Shown: positions 1 through 10,832, counted from the first letter of the stretch. The stretch: 64,000 bases of DNA from Nannocystales bacterium (GCA_050633305.1 JBOEGF010000027.1:178956-242955), one strand, 5' to 3'. Notes: generated by a model not told the origin, from the letters alone. Program-made: numbers and translations.

Positions 1-1748
1 CCACGGTCGATCATGACCGGGATGGTCTCGCCGGGCACCAGCTCACCGAACGCCGCCATGTAGTCATCGATGCTGTGAATCTCGCGCGCGCCCATCTTCT
101 GGATGATGTCGCCCTTTTGAAGTCCAGCCTGCTCCGCGGGCCCTCCCTCGCGAACCCCGGAGAGCTTCAGCCCATCAACCTCCGCGGCGTAGTCGGGGAT
201 CGTCCCAAGCGAGACCTTGAACGCACGGCGGCCCGCGGGCGCCTTGGTCTTGGTCTTCTGGAACTCGAACGCAACCTGCTCGTGCACGACATCGTCGACC
301 ACACCCAGCGCGAGGTCCGTGATCTTGGCCATGCCCTCGAAGTCGAGCTTGTCAATGTCGTCGGAAGGCTTGTGATAATCCGAGTGCGCCCCGGTGAAGA
401 AGTGCAGCACCGGAATGCCATCGTCATAGAACGCGGCGTGATCCGAAGGACCCTGTCCGTCGACCTTCGTCGCGACGCTCAGGGAGGTCTCCTGTGCCTC
501 CAGTAGCGGCACCCACTGCGGGGCCGTGCCCACACCCGCGACCACAACCTCGTTATTCTCGAGGCGGCCGATCATGTCGAAGTTGACCATGGCGATGATG
601 CTCTCGCGTCGCACATCGTCAAGGTTCTTCACGAAGTAGCGCGAACCGAGCAGTCCCATCTCCTCCGCCCCAAACGTGAGGCACAGAACGTCGAAAGGAC
701 GCTGGGCGTCGGGAAGTCGTGCGAGCGCGCCACACAGCTCCAAGACGCCCGCGACGCCCGAGGCGTTGTCGTCGGCGCCGTTGTGGACCGCAACCTCTCC
801 GGGCGCCAGCGAGCTCGACGTGCCCATGCCCAGGTGGTCATGGTGCGCTCCGACGACGACCATCTTGGAGGACGTGCCGTTTCCAACGATCAAGCCCGCG
901 ACGTTGGCGGTCTCATGCACGACCCGCTCGACGTCGCTGCGCATCGACGCGGGCTCCTTGCTTTTCGTCCCCAGCGTGATGCCTGGCGAATCGGGGTCGA
1001 CCTTGGGCCCGGGTTTGCGCAGGCCAAACCCTGAGAGCAACGCGAGGTTGGCCTCGGACCCGACCGCGAGCGCAGGCATTCCGAGCGCGTCGGCCCGACC
1101 GTGGTTGGGGAACGCGGCGGCGGAGGTGGGGTCCCACAGGACGAACCCCACAGCCCCCCGATCCCGGGCGGCGATCATCTTGTTCTGCGGGCGCGTCGCG
1201 CCGGGAGGAAGGTGCGGGTTGTTCGAGGGGCCTCCGGCCAGCGCCACAACGATGCTGCCCTCGACCGCAGCCTTGATGCCCTTGTAGTCTCCATCGCCGC
1301 CGCCCTGCTCGGTGATGCCGTACCCAACGAAGACCAACGGAGCCTCCGTCGCCCCCTTTGCGGCGGTCCCTTGCGCAAACGGGAGCAGGCTGTGAGGCAC
1401 GGGTCGGCCCGCGACCACGAGACTGGACTGCCCCCCCTCCACCAGACGGACACCGTCGACAACCTCGAACGCCTGGCGGAACGTCAGCCCGAAACCCGGC
1501 TCCAACCCCGCCGCTCTCATTTTGCTTTCGATGTAGTCCTGCGTTGCCTGGTCCCCGGCCGTTCCGGGCGCACGTCCGGCCTGCGCATCGTCGGCAAGAA
1601 AGTCGACATGCTGGGTGAGCACCGCAGCCGACACGCCCTCGGGGGCTAGTCGCTGCGCAGGCTCGGGAGGCTTGGGCGGCGGCGAGGGCTGCTGTTCACA
1701 ACCAGCCACGAGCAAGCAGAACGCCAGAGTACGCGCGGTTCGGACCAC
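1..1748 (-). CDS. M28 family aminopeptidase lipoprotein with PA and PDZ domains (3' end runs off window)
   Basis: Absent from ORF track (no stop in window). Minus-strand translation from GTG 1748: VRTARTLAFCLLVAGC (lipobox), GAHHDHLG, HNGADDNASG, FGAEEMGLLGS, NFDMIGRL, SDHAAF, HSDYHKPSD, then PDZ LGTIPDY...GGPAEQAGLQKGD. Confidence 0.9.
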   Translation of the reverse strand, partial: MVRTARTLAFCLLVAGCEQQPSPPPKPPEPAQRLAPEGVSAAVLTQHVDFLADDAQAGRAPGTAGDQATQDYIESKMRAAGLEPGFGLTFRQAFEVVDGVRLVEGGQSSLVVAGRPVPHSLLPFAQGTAAKGATEAPLVFVGYGITEQGGGDGDYKGIKAAVEGSIVVALAGGPSNNPHLPPGATRPQNKMIAARDRGAVGFVLWDPTSAAAFPNHGRADALGMPALAVGSEANLALLSGFGLRKPGPKVDPDSPGITLGTKSKEPASMRSDVERVVHETANVAGLIVGNGTSSKMVVVGAHHDHLGMGTSSSLAPGEVAVHNGADDNASGVAGVLELCGALARLPDAQRPFDVLCLTFGAEEMGLLGSRYFVKNLDDVRRESIIAMVNFDMIGRLENNEVVVAGVGTAPQWVPLLEAQETSLSVATKVDGQGPSDHAAFYDDGIPVLHFFTGAHSDYHKPSDDIDKLDFEGMAKITDLALGVVDDVVHEQVAFEFQKTKTKAPAGRRAFKVSLGTIPDYAAEVDGLKLSGVREGGPAEQAGLQKGDIIQKMGAREIHSIDDYMAAFGELVPGETIPVMIDR

Positions 1749-1780
1749 GGTCGGAGGCTACTTCAGGCCCGTCTCGCCGG

Positions 1781-3154
1781 CTACCCGATCGCGAGATTGC
1801 CGAACATCCACAGCCCGCCTGCCGCCATCCAAACCGCGGCATATCCGATGATGTCTCGCGCACGCACGCCTGTGATCGCCAACAGCGGTAGGGCCCAGAA
1901 CGGCTGCAACATATTCGTCCACTGGTCCCCGTACGCCATCGCCATCACGACCCGCCCCGGCTCGATCCCCGTCGCCACGGCTCCCTGCATGAGTACCGGT
2001 CCCTGGACAGCCCACTGACCGCCGCCGGAGGGGACGAATAGATTCAGCAGCCCGGCGGAGCCGAACGCGAGTGCTTCGAACGTCCCCGGGCCAACCTGAG
2101 AGAACGCCCCAGCCAGCGCAGCTGCGAGTCCCGCGGCCTTCATCACCCCCATCACGCCCGCGTACAGCGGGAACTGAACGATCACCCCACCGCAGCTCCG
2201 CGCTCCCTCCTCGCAGGCCCGCAAGAACCGGTCGGGCCGTCCGTGCAGCAGCAACGCGAACGCGAAGAGCGCGAGGTTCACGGTGTTGAAGGACAGCCGA
2301 AGCAAGCCCCCCTCGGCGAGCACCATCGCCAACGCAGCGCACAGCGGGAGCGCGAGCAACATCGAGAAGACCCCGGACCGCTCGACCCGCTCGACGAGCC
2401 CGTCCGGCGGAGCCTCCGGTGGCAGCCTCGCCCCAGGTGGCTCCGGCGCGGGTTGAGCATCGGGGTCGGTTGCCGGCGTCATCCCCATGAACACCAAGGG
2501 ACCCAGCACCAGAAGACCCCCCGAAACCACCAGGTTGAGCGGACTGAGCAGCGTCGAGTGCAGGTCGAGGACACCCACCTGCTCGGCAAGCGCAGGACCC
2601 AGAACCTCGGCGAGGTCCTCGGCGGTCGTCACCTTCAAAGGAGCGCTCCCGCTGAGCCCACCATGCCAGGTCATCAGACCGCTGTACCCGGCCGCGCACA
2701 ACAACGGGTAGTGGAGCGAGTAGCCGCGGAGGCGAGCGATCCGTCCCGCCTCTCGGGCCACGATCGCGCCACCGATCAGCCCCAAGCTCCAGTTCAGCAA
2801 CGCGAGCCCGATGGCGATGAAGGCCGTCGCCCCCACCAGTTGGCGTGGAGACCTCACCCACCCGACCGATGCTGCGATGCCGCGCTGAACAGGCGAGGCG
2901 GTCGCCAGCGCCGTCCCCAACACCAACATCACGCACATCTGCATGGTGAAACTCAGCAGGGCCCACAGGCCCGCGCCGCCGCTCCACGCTCGCAGAACCT
3001 CCGCCGGAGGCGTGCCCACCGCGAGCGCCGTCACCAAGACCAGTGTGGTGAGCCCGACCGCGATCACGAAGGGCTCGGGAACGATGCGTCCGAATCCGAT
3101 TCGAGCCCGAGCGCCCACGCGAACCAGGGGCCCTCCAGAGGTCCTTTTTTTCAT
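1781..3154 (-). CDS. atoE: Short-chain fatty acid transporter, AtoE family
   Basis: Very hydrophobic; PEPFVIA, LLSFTMQM, WHGGLSGSAPL, QFPLYAG, NLFVPSGGGQWAVQGP, YGDQWTNMLQPFWALP. ATG 3154 overlaps the kinase stop (ATGA). Confidence 0.88.
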   Translation of the reverse strand: MKKRTSGGPLVRVGARARIGFGRIVPEPFVIAVGLTTLVLVTALAVGTPPAEVLRAWSGGAGLWALLSFTMQMCVMLVLGTALATASPVQRGIAASVGWVRSPRQLVGATAFIAIGLALLNWSLGLIGGAIVAREAGRIARLRGYSLHYPLLCAAGYSGLMTWHGGLSGSAPLKVTTAEDLAEVLGPALAEQVGVLDLHSTLLSPLNLVVSGGLLVLGPLVFMGMTPATDPDAQPAPEPPGARLPPEAPPDGLVERVERSGVFSMLLALPLCAALAMVLAEGGLLRLSFNTVNLALFAFALLLHGRPDRFLRACEEGARSCGGVIVQFPLYAGVMGVMKAAGLAAALAGAFSQVGPGTFEALAFGSAGLLNLFVPSGGGQWAVQGPVLMQGAVATGIEPGRVVMAMAYGDQWTNMLQPFWALPLLAITGVRARDIIGYAAVWMAAGGLWMFGNLAIG

Positions 3155-6100
3155 TCCGAAAGCCCCCTCACCGGCGCCGGCCCAGACCAAGACACTGCGA
3201 TCGTCTCGAGTTCTTCGAGGTCCTCGGCCGCCCCAGGGCCACTGCGTCGAAGTTCCACACGCGCCCTCGACAACGCGTCTCGGGCGGCCGCGTGGTCTCC
3301 CGAAGCCCACAATGCCTTGGCCAAACCCAGCCGTGTGGCGCCGAGCATTCCCGGGCTCCGGCTGCTCATCTCGTACCGCTGAAGACCCTCCCGGTAGGCG
3401 CGTATCGCCTCAGTGAACGACTCCTGTTCCAGCTCCAGCCGTCCCAAAGAGACGAAGCTCGACGCCGCCGCCGTGTCCTCCAACCCGTGACGCTGCAGGA
3501 CTCGAAACGCGTCGTCGAGTTCGGATCGTGCGCGCGTGTAGTTCTTCTGGTCGAGGGCGAGGTTGGCCCGACGCTGGTAGGTCGACACAAGCTTGGGGTG
3601 ATCGTCGTCGAGCGCCTTGCGCTTGATGCTCAGCTCGCGGTCGAGATGCTCCCACGCCTCCTCGAATCGCTCCGTCCGCCGATACAGCGACGCGATGTCC
3701 CCGTACGAGGACGCAACATCGAGGTGCTCGGGACCGAGCTCGGCCTGCCGCATCGCCAAAGCCTCCGCGTGGCGTTGCAGCGCGAGCTCGATGTTTCCGC
3801 TGCGCTTCTCCAGGTTCCCAAGGTTCGCAAGCACCATCGCTTCCATTTGCACACGCCCCCCCTTCCGGGCCAGCTCGAGCGCCCGTTCGTAGTCCGTCCG
3901 CGCCTCGTCAAGCCGACCTTGTTTCTTGCGCACCACACCGCGGGCCAGAAATGGTCGCGCGACCGCGAGATGGTCGTCACCAAGGATCGACAACAGCGCG
4001 ATCGACCGGTTCAAGTGCGGCTCGGCGTCGGTGTACTTTCCGTTCTTGACCATGGCCTTCGCGACGTTGAGGTGGAGGGTTCCCAGCTTGGGGTGGTCCA
4101 CGCCGAGCGCCTCTTCGCGAAGCGCAAGCGCGTCGACAAGCAACGCTTCTGCACGTCGGTCTTCCCCCTTTCGCATGTGCAGCAGCGCGAGGTTGTTCAA
4201 GCTGATCGAGTACGTGTACCGCTCCTGAACAGTCTGAGGAGCCTGCTCCGGCAAGGCCGCCTGCACAACCTCCAAGGCTTCGTCGTATCGCTGCTGTCGC
4301 GAGTAGAACGACATCGCGCTATGAGCGAGCTTGCGCTGCAAGTGCGCTGGGCGTCCGGCCCGATCCAGCATCGCGTCAGCGTAGGCCATCAGCCGCTCGG
4401 CCTCCTCAAAGCGCCGGAACGCGGTGCTGTACAGAAACACGAGGTCGGAAGCCACCGCCGCCGCGACCACGTCGTGTCCACACGCCTCGGCAGCTGCGAG
4501 CGCGTCCTCGTACACCTCCGCCGCTCGCTCACGATTCCCCTCCTCCGCCGCGACCTGCCCCTGAGCGTAACGAAGCTCAGCGACCAGAGGATCGAACCCC
4601 AACGACATGATACGAGGTGTGAGGTCCGCGAGGGCCTCCCTCGCCAGGCCGAACTTCCCCGCGCGACTCAGCTCAGACACCCTCGACAGCTCCACCCGAA
4701 CGGCCTCCGCCTCCGCCTTTCGCGCGGGAGACTCAGGTAGAGGCCACAGCACCCCGGCTTCGGCCAAAGCCTCATCGTCCGCACATGCCTCGATCGATTC
4801 GAGTTGGAGCAACAACTCGGGGACCCGAGCGGCGCGGGCTGAATCCGACGCAGTGCCTGAGATCAACCGTTCGCGCTGCGTCACCCGACGACGCAGACAC
4901 GACATCCGCCGATCGAACATCGCATCGTCGATCCGGGCCGTCGCGTACGCGTCACAGCTGCTGAGATACGTCGCGTGCCAAGCCTCGACATCCGCGTCGA
5001 GGCGCCCGCGAAGTCTCGCGACAACATCCGCGCCCCGCGGCCCCAGCGATTCGAGAATCGAACTCGAAGTCAGGGCCTGAGCGTCCGCATCCCAGGCGCT
5101 GCCCATCCGCTGGGCTCCGCGGACACAGTCACTGTCCTGCGGTGTCGAGGCCGCCACCCCCACCACCGCAGCCGCAAGGCCGAGCGCTCCGACGGCGCCC
5201 CCCCACCGCGCCTTGACGCTTCGCCGCTGCAGCGATCGGAGCAGCGCATCCATCGATGGCCAACGGTCGCGGGGCTCCGGTTGGAGTCCCCGAGTGAGCA
5301 CCTTCTCGAGCCAACGCGGGACCGCAGAGCCCTCGGGACGGGTCTCGATGCGACCCCGAGCTTTCGCGATCGCCATCTCGCGCGCGGTCCGACCTGCGAA
5401 CACCCTCTTCCCTCCCCACAAGAGACGCAGAAAGGCGACGCAGAAGCTGTACTGGTCTGAGGCGGGACTGACCGGACGACCGACATGTTGCTCCGGAGAC
5501 ATGTAGACCGGCGTTCCCATCACGATCCCGATTTCGGTCAGCCGTCCCTCCACGCTCGACTCCCCGTGCGCCGGAGCAACGCTCGAAACCGACTCGAGGC
5601 CCGAGCTGGCGCCGCCGTGTTCGCCCACCAGCGCCAACCCGAAGTCGAGCACCCGGACGCGCCCGTCCTCATCCACCATCACGTTGTCGGGCTTGAAGTC
5701 CCGGTGCACGATCCCAGCGGCGTGGGCTGCCGCCAAGCCACGGCCGGCGGCGCCAAACACCTCGAGCAGCTCCTCGGGGGAGCGGGAGCCCTCCTGCGCC
5801 CAAGTCCGAAGCGTCTGCCCGCGGACATGCTCCATCACGACGTAGACGGTCTTGCCGTCCTCGCATGTCCCGACCCCGTACACCCCCACCACGTTCGGGT
5901 GCGACAGGCGGGCCAGCGCTTGCGCCTCCCGGAGAAATCGTTCGGCCCCCCGCAGCTCGGTCCGTCGTCGACGGTTGCGGACCAGCTTGACCGCCACATG
6001 ACGCTCCAGCTTTGGATCCCAAGCTTCGAACACGATGCCCAAGCCACCCGCGCCCAGCATCCGACCCAACACATAGCGGTCGACTCGCTCGGGGGGAATG

Positions 6101-6246
6101 AACGCCGGCTCGGGATTCTCGGACGGAGCGTCGTCAGCGACGGTCCCCGACACGACGGCGGTTGGTGCATCCGCACCGCACTCCGAGCCCTCCGACGTCA
6201 CCGCTCCATGGTCCCGCGCCTCGCCTCGATGGCGCAATCGGGGCAC
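3151..6246 (-). CDS. Membrane Ser/Thr protein kinase with C-terminal TPR repeats
   Basis: LGAGGLG, VAVK, HRDFKPDN, DFG, GTPVYMSPE; TM segment GGAVGALGLAAAVVGVAA; TPR-like repeats (SLNNLALL, LGVDHP, LANLGNL). Start uncertain (alternative GTG 6201). Confidence 0.92.
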   Translation of the reverse strand: MPRLRHRGEARDHGAVTSEGSECGADAPTAVVSGTVADDAPSENPEPAFIPPERVDRYVLGRMLGAGGLGIVFEAWDPKLERHVAVKLVRNRRRRTELRGAERFLREAQALARLSHPNVVGVYGVGTCEDGKTVYVVMEHVRGQTLRTWAQEGSRSPEELLEVFGAAGRGLAAAHAAGIVHRDFKPDNVMVDEDGRVRVLDFGLALVGEHGGASSGLESVSSVAPAHGESSVEGRLTEIGIVMGTPVYMSPEQHVGRPVSPASDQYSFCVAFLRLLWGGKRVFAGRTAREMAIAKARGRIETRPEGSAVPRWLEKVLTRGLQPEPRDRWPSMDALLRSLQRRSVKARWGGAVGALGLAAAVVGVAASTPQDSDCVRGAQRMGSAWDADAQALTSSSILESLGPRGADVVARLRGRLDADVEAWHATYLSSCDAYATARIDDAMFDRRMSCLRRRVTQRERLISGTASDSARAARVPELLLQLESIEACADDEALAEAGVLWPLPESPARKAEAEAVRVELSRVSELSRAGKFGLAREALADLTPRIMSLGFDPLVAELRYAQGQVAAEEGNRERAAEVYEDALAAAEACGHDVVAAAVASDLVFLYSTAFRRFEEAERLMAYADAMLDRAGRPAHLQRKLAHSAMSFYSRQQRYDEALEVVQAALPEQAPQTVQERYTYSISLNNLALLHMRKGEDRRAEALLVDALALREEALGVDHPKLGTLHLNVAKAMVKNGKYTDAEPHLNRSIALLSILGDDHLAVARPFLARGVVRKKQGRLDEARTDYERALELARKGGRVQMEAMVLANLGNLEKRSGNIELALQRHAEALAMRQAELGPEHLDVASSYGDIASLYRRTERFEEAWEHLDRELSIKRKALDDDHPKLVSTYQRRANLALDQKNYTRARSELDDAFRVLQRHGLEDTAAASSFVSLGRLELEQESFTEAIRAYREGLQRYEMSSRSPGMLGATRLGLAKALWASGDHAAARDALSRARVELRRSGPGAAEDLEELETIAVSWSGPAPVRGLSE

Positions 6247-6303
6247 GAGGCGGCCGTCCGTTCCGTTCGCACATCGTCAGGTGCGCTGTTACGGTGTTCT
6301 GGC

Positions 6304-6783
6304 ATGCGCCGCGGCCTCTTCGCCCTCGGGACCGCGGCCCTCGTCGCGTTCATCGGAGCACTCGTCCTGCTCGAGACCCGCGAGGATCCGAATCCTCCCC
6401 GCGCGACGACCCCCCTCGCTCGACCCAACGATGGTGCGCGAGAACCCACAGAGGCGCCCACGCGACCCCCATCGCGAGACCCGGGCAAGGCCACTCCACC
6501 ACCCGCCGGCTTCAAGCTTGGCAAGGCCAGCGGCCCGGATGCTCGTTCCAACGCGCAGGCGATTCTGGACAACACGCTCGTCGAACTCCGCCGGCTGGAC
6601 ACCTCACAGCAGACACTGGCGCGGGATGTCTACATGCGAGGGCATTCGGCCGCGGAGCGCGTCGAGGATGAACTCGGCGACGACGATGAGCCCGGTCGCG
6701 CCGCGCTTCGAGCCCACGAGGATGCGCTCAAGGCCGAGCTCCGCCGCATCTACGGCGTGGACGAAGCTAGTCCGCGTCCATGA
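6304..6783 (+). CDS. Hypothetical protein with N-terminal membrane anchor
   Basis: 3' part of ORF 5485..6783: MRRGLFALGTAALVAFIGALVLL, Pro-rich linker, helical C-terminus; TACGGT 8 nt upstream of ATG. Confidence 0.6.
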   Translation: MRRGLFALGTAALVAFIGALVLLETREDPNPPRATTPLARPNDGAREPTEAPTRPPSRDPGKATPPPAGFKLGKASGPDARSNAQAILDNTLVELRRLDTSQQTLARDVYMRGHSAAERVEDELGDDDEPGRAALRAHEDALKAELRRIYGVDEASPRP

Positions 6784-7207
6784 ACGCCTGCATCGCGACG
6801 CGAAGATCGTCGGGCAGCGGCATCGACCGCCGGAATTGCTCGGAGTCCGGGTCGAGGTCCATCACCGCACACACCGTCGCCCCCGTCCCCCGGACGTCGT
6901 CGGGGTCGTCGGCCCCGCGGATTCGGTAGCCCAACCTCATCGAACTACGGCCCAGGTGCTCGAGCCGGAGTTCGACGACAACCGACTCCCCGAACGCCGT
7001 CGGTTTCTGGAAGTCCGCTTCGGTATGCACCGAGGGAAAGCCTACCTTTCGACGGACGATGACGTCGTCGTACGGCGCTTCGAGGCAGGCTGAGAACCAC
7101 GATTCCATCGCTTCGTGGAACATGTCGAAGAAGCGCGGGAAGTAGACGATGCCCGCGGGGTCGCAGTGGCCCCAGTAGACCTGCAACCGGTGGTGATGGA
7201 CGGCCAT
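6767..7207 (-). CDS. Acyl-CoA thioesterase (4HBT/YbgC hot-dog fold)
   Basis: CDPAGIVYFPRFFDMFHEAME motif; LEHLGRSS. Confidence 0.88.
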   Translation of the reverse strand: MAVHHHRLQVYWGHCDPAGIVYFPRFFDMFHEAMESWFSACLEAPYDDVIVRRKVGFPSVHTEADFQKPTAFGESVVVELRLEHLGRSSMRLGYRIRGADDPDDVRGTGATVCAVMDLDPDSEQFRRSMPLPDDLRVAMQAFMDAD

Positions 7208-7297
7208 GCCGCCACCCTACCGGCTCGCGTATCTTCGGCGCCAGCAGCATCCGGAGGTTAGACTTGGCGCGTTGTCCGAAGCCGACGGTGAAGCCAC

Positions 7298-8587
7298 GTG
7301 AGTCTCAAGTCCACGCTCCAACCCTTCGTCGCAGCCGCGATCACGACCCCCTTGCGGCGTGATGCCTTGCGGCGAGTTCGCGAGCGATGGAGACGCGTCC
7401 GAGGCAAGCCGCACCGCCTCACCGCGTTTATTCGGCTCGACGACCCCTACGCGCTGCTACTGCTGCACGCCCTGCAGACCGTACGAGAGCGCTTCGACGT
7501 CCAGCTCGAGCTGCGCGTGGTCGGGGCGACCCCATCGTCCATGGACCCAGCACCCGAAGCGTTGCGGGCATGGGCTCGACTCGACGCGGCCCGGGTCGCG
7601 GCGCTCTATGACCTGCAGGTCCCAGACTTCGACGCCCGGCGAGCGAGCGAGAGTGAGTCCGCGTCACTGGCCAGCCTCGAGTCGGCGCCCGACCCTCTCC
7701 TCGCCTTGCGCTCCGCGCTCGAGGGGTGGTGGCGAGGCGCACCAATTCCCGGATCGGCCAACGCCAAGCGGCTCGCGGAGAACAACCGCGAGCGCTCGTC
7801 CCGTGGCCACTACCTCAGCGCGATGGTCCACTATGAGGGGGAGTGGTACTGGGGCATCGACCGGCTCAACCACCTGACCCAACGACTCGACACGCTCGGC
7901 CTGCGCACCGTCGAGGCACGGCCAGCGTTCGAGCGTCGGTTCGCGTTCCTCACGGAGCCCGCGCCCGAGACCGGGCCTTCCGCGGAGCTGGAGTTGTTCT
8001 GGTCCGGGCGTAGTCCGTACGCCTACCTCGCGCTCGAACGCGCCTACCAGCTCGCCGACCACCACAGCGTCCCTTTGCGGATCCGTCCTGTGCTGCCGAT
8101 GGTGATGCGGGACCTGACGGTTCCGCTTCCCAAGCGGCGATACATCCTCGGCGACGCCAAGCGGGAGGCCGATTGGCTGGGCATTCCACTGGGCTTCATC
8201 TGCGACCCGGTCGGCCTCGGTATCGAGCGGGGCTACGCCTTGCTCGACGTCGCCCGGCAACACGATCGCCTCCGTGAGTACGTGCTCGCATTTTCGACCG
8301 CAGTGTGGAGCGAAGGGATCGACGCGGCAACCGAGGCGGGGTTGGAACAGATCGCGACCAACGCCGGACTGCCGTGGGCCCCCTGCCGCGCCGCGATGCG
8401 CGGAGACCACTGGCGAGCCGAGGTCGAGGCCAACCGCTCCACACTTCTCGACGCAGGGCAGTGGGGCGTGCCCGTCCTACGATGCGGTGAGAGCGTAGTT
8501 TGGGGCCAAGACCGATTCTGGGTCCTCGACCGCGCCCTGCAAGAGCTCGCCGCGTCCCCGACCCCACCTGCGCCCGAACATGCGTAG
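7298..8587 (+). CDS. Tandem DsbA-like / 2-hydroxychromene-2-carboxylate isomerase family protein
   Basis: Two repeats of the fold: DDPYALL...GEWYWGIDRL and RSPYAYL...GQWGVP...WGQDR. Confidence 0.8.
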   Translation: MSLKSTLQPFVAAAITTPLRRDALRRVRERWRRVRGKPHRLTAFIRLDDPYALLLLHALQTVRERFDVQLELRVVGATPSSMDPAPEALRAWARLDAARVAALYDLQVPDFDARRASESESASLASLESAPDPLLALRSALEGWWRGAPIPGSANAKRLAENNRERSSRGHYLSAMVHYEGEWYWGIDRLNHLTQRLDTLGLRTVEARPAFERRFAFLTEPAPETGPSAELELFWSGRSPYAYLALERAYQLADHHSVPLRIRPVLPMVMRDLTVPLPKRRYILGDAKREADWLGIPLGFICDPVGLGIERGYALLDVARQHDRLREYVLAFSTAVWSEGIDAATEAGLEQIATNAGLPWAPCRAAMRGDHWRAEVEANRSTLLDAGQWGVPVLRCGESVVWGQDRFWVLDRALQELAASPTPPAPEHA

Positions 8588-8595
8588 GCCCGGCA

Positions 8596-10347
8596 CTACA
8601 GGGACGCCGACTCGGGCCGCCCGGCTCCGCGGGAGAGCCGAACCGCGACCTCCAAGAGCTCCCCGGTCCGTACCGGTTTGACAACGAACGCGTCCGCTCC
8701 CGCATCGAGTGCAGCGGCTTCGGCATCCAAACTCCCGCTGAGCACCAGCACAGGCGGGGCGTCGACACTCGACATCGACGCGAGCACATCGACCCCGGTT
8801 CTCCCCGGCATCTCCAGATCCAGCACGACCAGGTCGAACGCCTCGCTGCGAAGTCTCTCCTCCGCCTCGCGGCCATCCGCAGCGGTCTCCACACGCGCTC
8901 CGACGTGCTCGAGCACTCGGGCAACCACTTCGCGCACGGTGGCGTCGTCGTCGACGACCAAGACACGTCGCCCGCGCAGCTCCCCCCGACGAGGCAGAGC
9001 CGGCTTGGACGGCTCCGATCGGGACTCCCGTGCCTTGGCATCCCAAGCAACTGTGGGACCCGCCAAGGCATCCATGCTCACCCGGAAGCAGAGGCGTGTC
9101 CCTTGCGGACTGGTTTCGTCGACCCAGATCGCGCCCCCCATCGCCTCCACAAAGTCGCGAGAGATCGACAGACCCAGCCCCACCCCCCCACCCACTGAAG
9201 CCTGCTCGCCTTGCTGCCAGGGCTCGAACACATCTCGGATGACGGTTGGAGCGATGCCCACGCCCGTATCCTCCACGGCGAACGACAACCCTCCCTGCTC
9301 GGCGGCACGGCCAACGGCGACCCGAACCTGGCCCTCGCGCGTGTGCTTCAGCGCATTGCCGAGCAAGTTGAGCAAGACCTGACGAAGCCGCGCACGGTCT
9401 CCGGACCAGCGGTCGGGGGTCTCGGACTCGACATCGACGACCAATCGGATCCGCGAACCATCCATTTGGGGCGAGACGACCTCAACCACATCGTCGAGCA
9501 ACTTGGAGACTGAGAATTCCTCCCGTCGTTGGGGCAACACCCCATCCTCGAGCCGCACCAGGTCGAGAATGTCGTCGAGGGTTCGCAGCGTGGCCCGGGC
9601 GGTTCGCTGCAGCTGCCCCAGAGACTGTCCCCCACCCCCGGAATCGACGTCGAGCATGTCCGCGGTCAACGCGAGGCTCGTCATCGGCGAGCGCAACTCG
9701 TGGCTCAGCATCGCGAGCAACCGGTGCCGTGCAACACGGTCCGTACGAGCTTGGGCCTCGGCCGCCTTCCGATCCCGGGTCTCCGCCTGCAAACGATGCA
9801 TCGCTCGCTGCAGCGCCTGCTCTCGCCTCCTGCGCTCTCGATGGAACGCGACCGCCAAGACCGCCGATAGACCCAGTACGGCGAAGAGGTTGGGTACCGA
9901 CAACGGGTGCTGCCACATGGCATCGGCAGGATCCGCCCTCAATGCCGTCCACCCGACTGCAACCGCCGTCGCCGGCACCCACAAGAACAGATGCCGCGCA
10001 CGACCCCACAACGTCGCCCAGGTTGGCACCAGCAGGAACCAGACGACGCCGATGTTCGGCGTCCCCCTCGTCACGTCGAGGACGATGGTCTGGTAGACGA
10101 GGAAGCTTCCCGAAACGATGTGCAGGGCGAGGCTGCGCCCGATTCGCGGGCTGAGCAGGATCGCCGAGCCCATGATCAGGAGTTCGGCCGTCAGGAGCCA
10201 GGACTCCAGCGAGCTCGCGAACACACCGACAAGAACCGCAAACGCGAGCCCGAGGGCGCCAAACGACCCGCGCACCAGCGGCCACGAAGGCGTCGCACCG
10301 TCGATGAGCGCGCCCTCGTCGACCGCAGATGCCTCTGCCGACCCCAC
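8596..10347 (-). CDS. Membrane hybrid sensor histidine kinase / response regulator
   Basis: Several TM helices, LSHELRSP H-box, QVLLNLLGNALKHT, DTGVGI, GLGLSI, receiver VLVVDDD...LDLEMPG...KP. Start uncertain (ORF track 10422). Confidence 0.9.
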   Translation of the reverse strand: MGSAEASAVDEGALIDGATPSWPLVRGSFGALGLAFAVLVGVFASSLESWLLTAELLIMGSAILLSPRIGRSLALHIVSGSFLVYQTIVLDVTRGTPNIGVVWFLLVPTWATLWGRARHLFLWVPATAVAVGWTALRADPADAMWQHPLSVPNLFAVLGLSAVLAVAFHRERRRREQALQRAMHRLQAETRDRKAAEAQARTDRVARHRLLAMLSHELRSPMTSLALTADMLDVDSGGGGQSLGQLQRTARATLRTLDDILDLVRLEDGVLPQRREEFSVSKLLDDVVEVVSPQMDGSRIRLVVDVESETPDRWSGDRARLRQVLLNLLGNALKHTREGQVRVAVGRAAEQGGLSFAVEDTGVGIAPTVIRDVFEPWQQGEQASVGGGVGLGLSISRDFVEAMGGAIWVDETSPQGTRLCFRVSMDALAGPTVAWDAKARESRSEPSKPALPRRGELRGRRVLVVDDDATVREVVARVLEHVGARVETAADGREAEERLRSEAFDLVVLDLEMPGRTGVDVLASMSSVDAPPVLVLSGSLDAEAAALDAGADAFVVKPVRTGELLEVAVRLSRGAGRPESASL

Positions 10348-10458
10348 ACGCAGAGAATGCCAGCTGTCCTCGACACGCAGTGTGCGCAGCCGGCCCGATC
10401 TGGCCCACCTCGGGGAATACACCCCCTGTGCGGCCGAAAGGACCGAAGCGCGCGGAGT

Positions 10459-10818
10459 CTACTTGACCTGCTCGTCGCGACGATCGGGATGCTCGTTGTA
10501 CCAAGTCTGCAGGGACTCATGGCTGATCTCGACCCGGAGATCGGCCTCCTGCACGACACACTGGCAGCCTAGCCGTGAACTCGGGCGGACATCAAAGCCC
10601 ATGTCCAAACGGTCTTCCTCGGCCTCCTCCATCTCCTCGAGCGAGGCGAGCCCCTCCTTGATGTAGACGTGGCACGACGAGCACGCACAAACGCCCCCGC
10701 AGGCGGAGCCTAGTTTGACCCCATGCTCTTCGGCAATCTCGAGGAGGTTGGAAGACGAGGCTTTAACCTCGACTTCAGAGGTGGCGCCTTCAGGGTCGAC
10801 GAACGTGATCTTGGGCAT
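10459..10818 (-). CDS. fdx: ISC-type [2Fe-2S] ferredoxin
   Basis: CGGVCACSSCH...SRLGCQ; last gene of the isc operon. Confidence 0.93.
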   Translation of the reverse strand: MPKITFVDPEGATSEVEVKASSSNLLEIAEEHGVKLGSACGGVCACSSCHVYIKEGLASLEEMEEAEEDRLDMGFDVRPSSRLGCQCVVQEADLRVEISHESLQTWYNEHPDRRDEQVK

Positions 10819-10832
10819 CGTGGATCTCGCGA

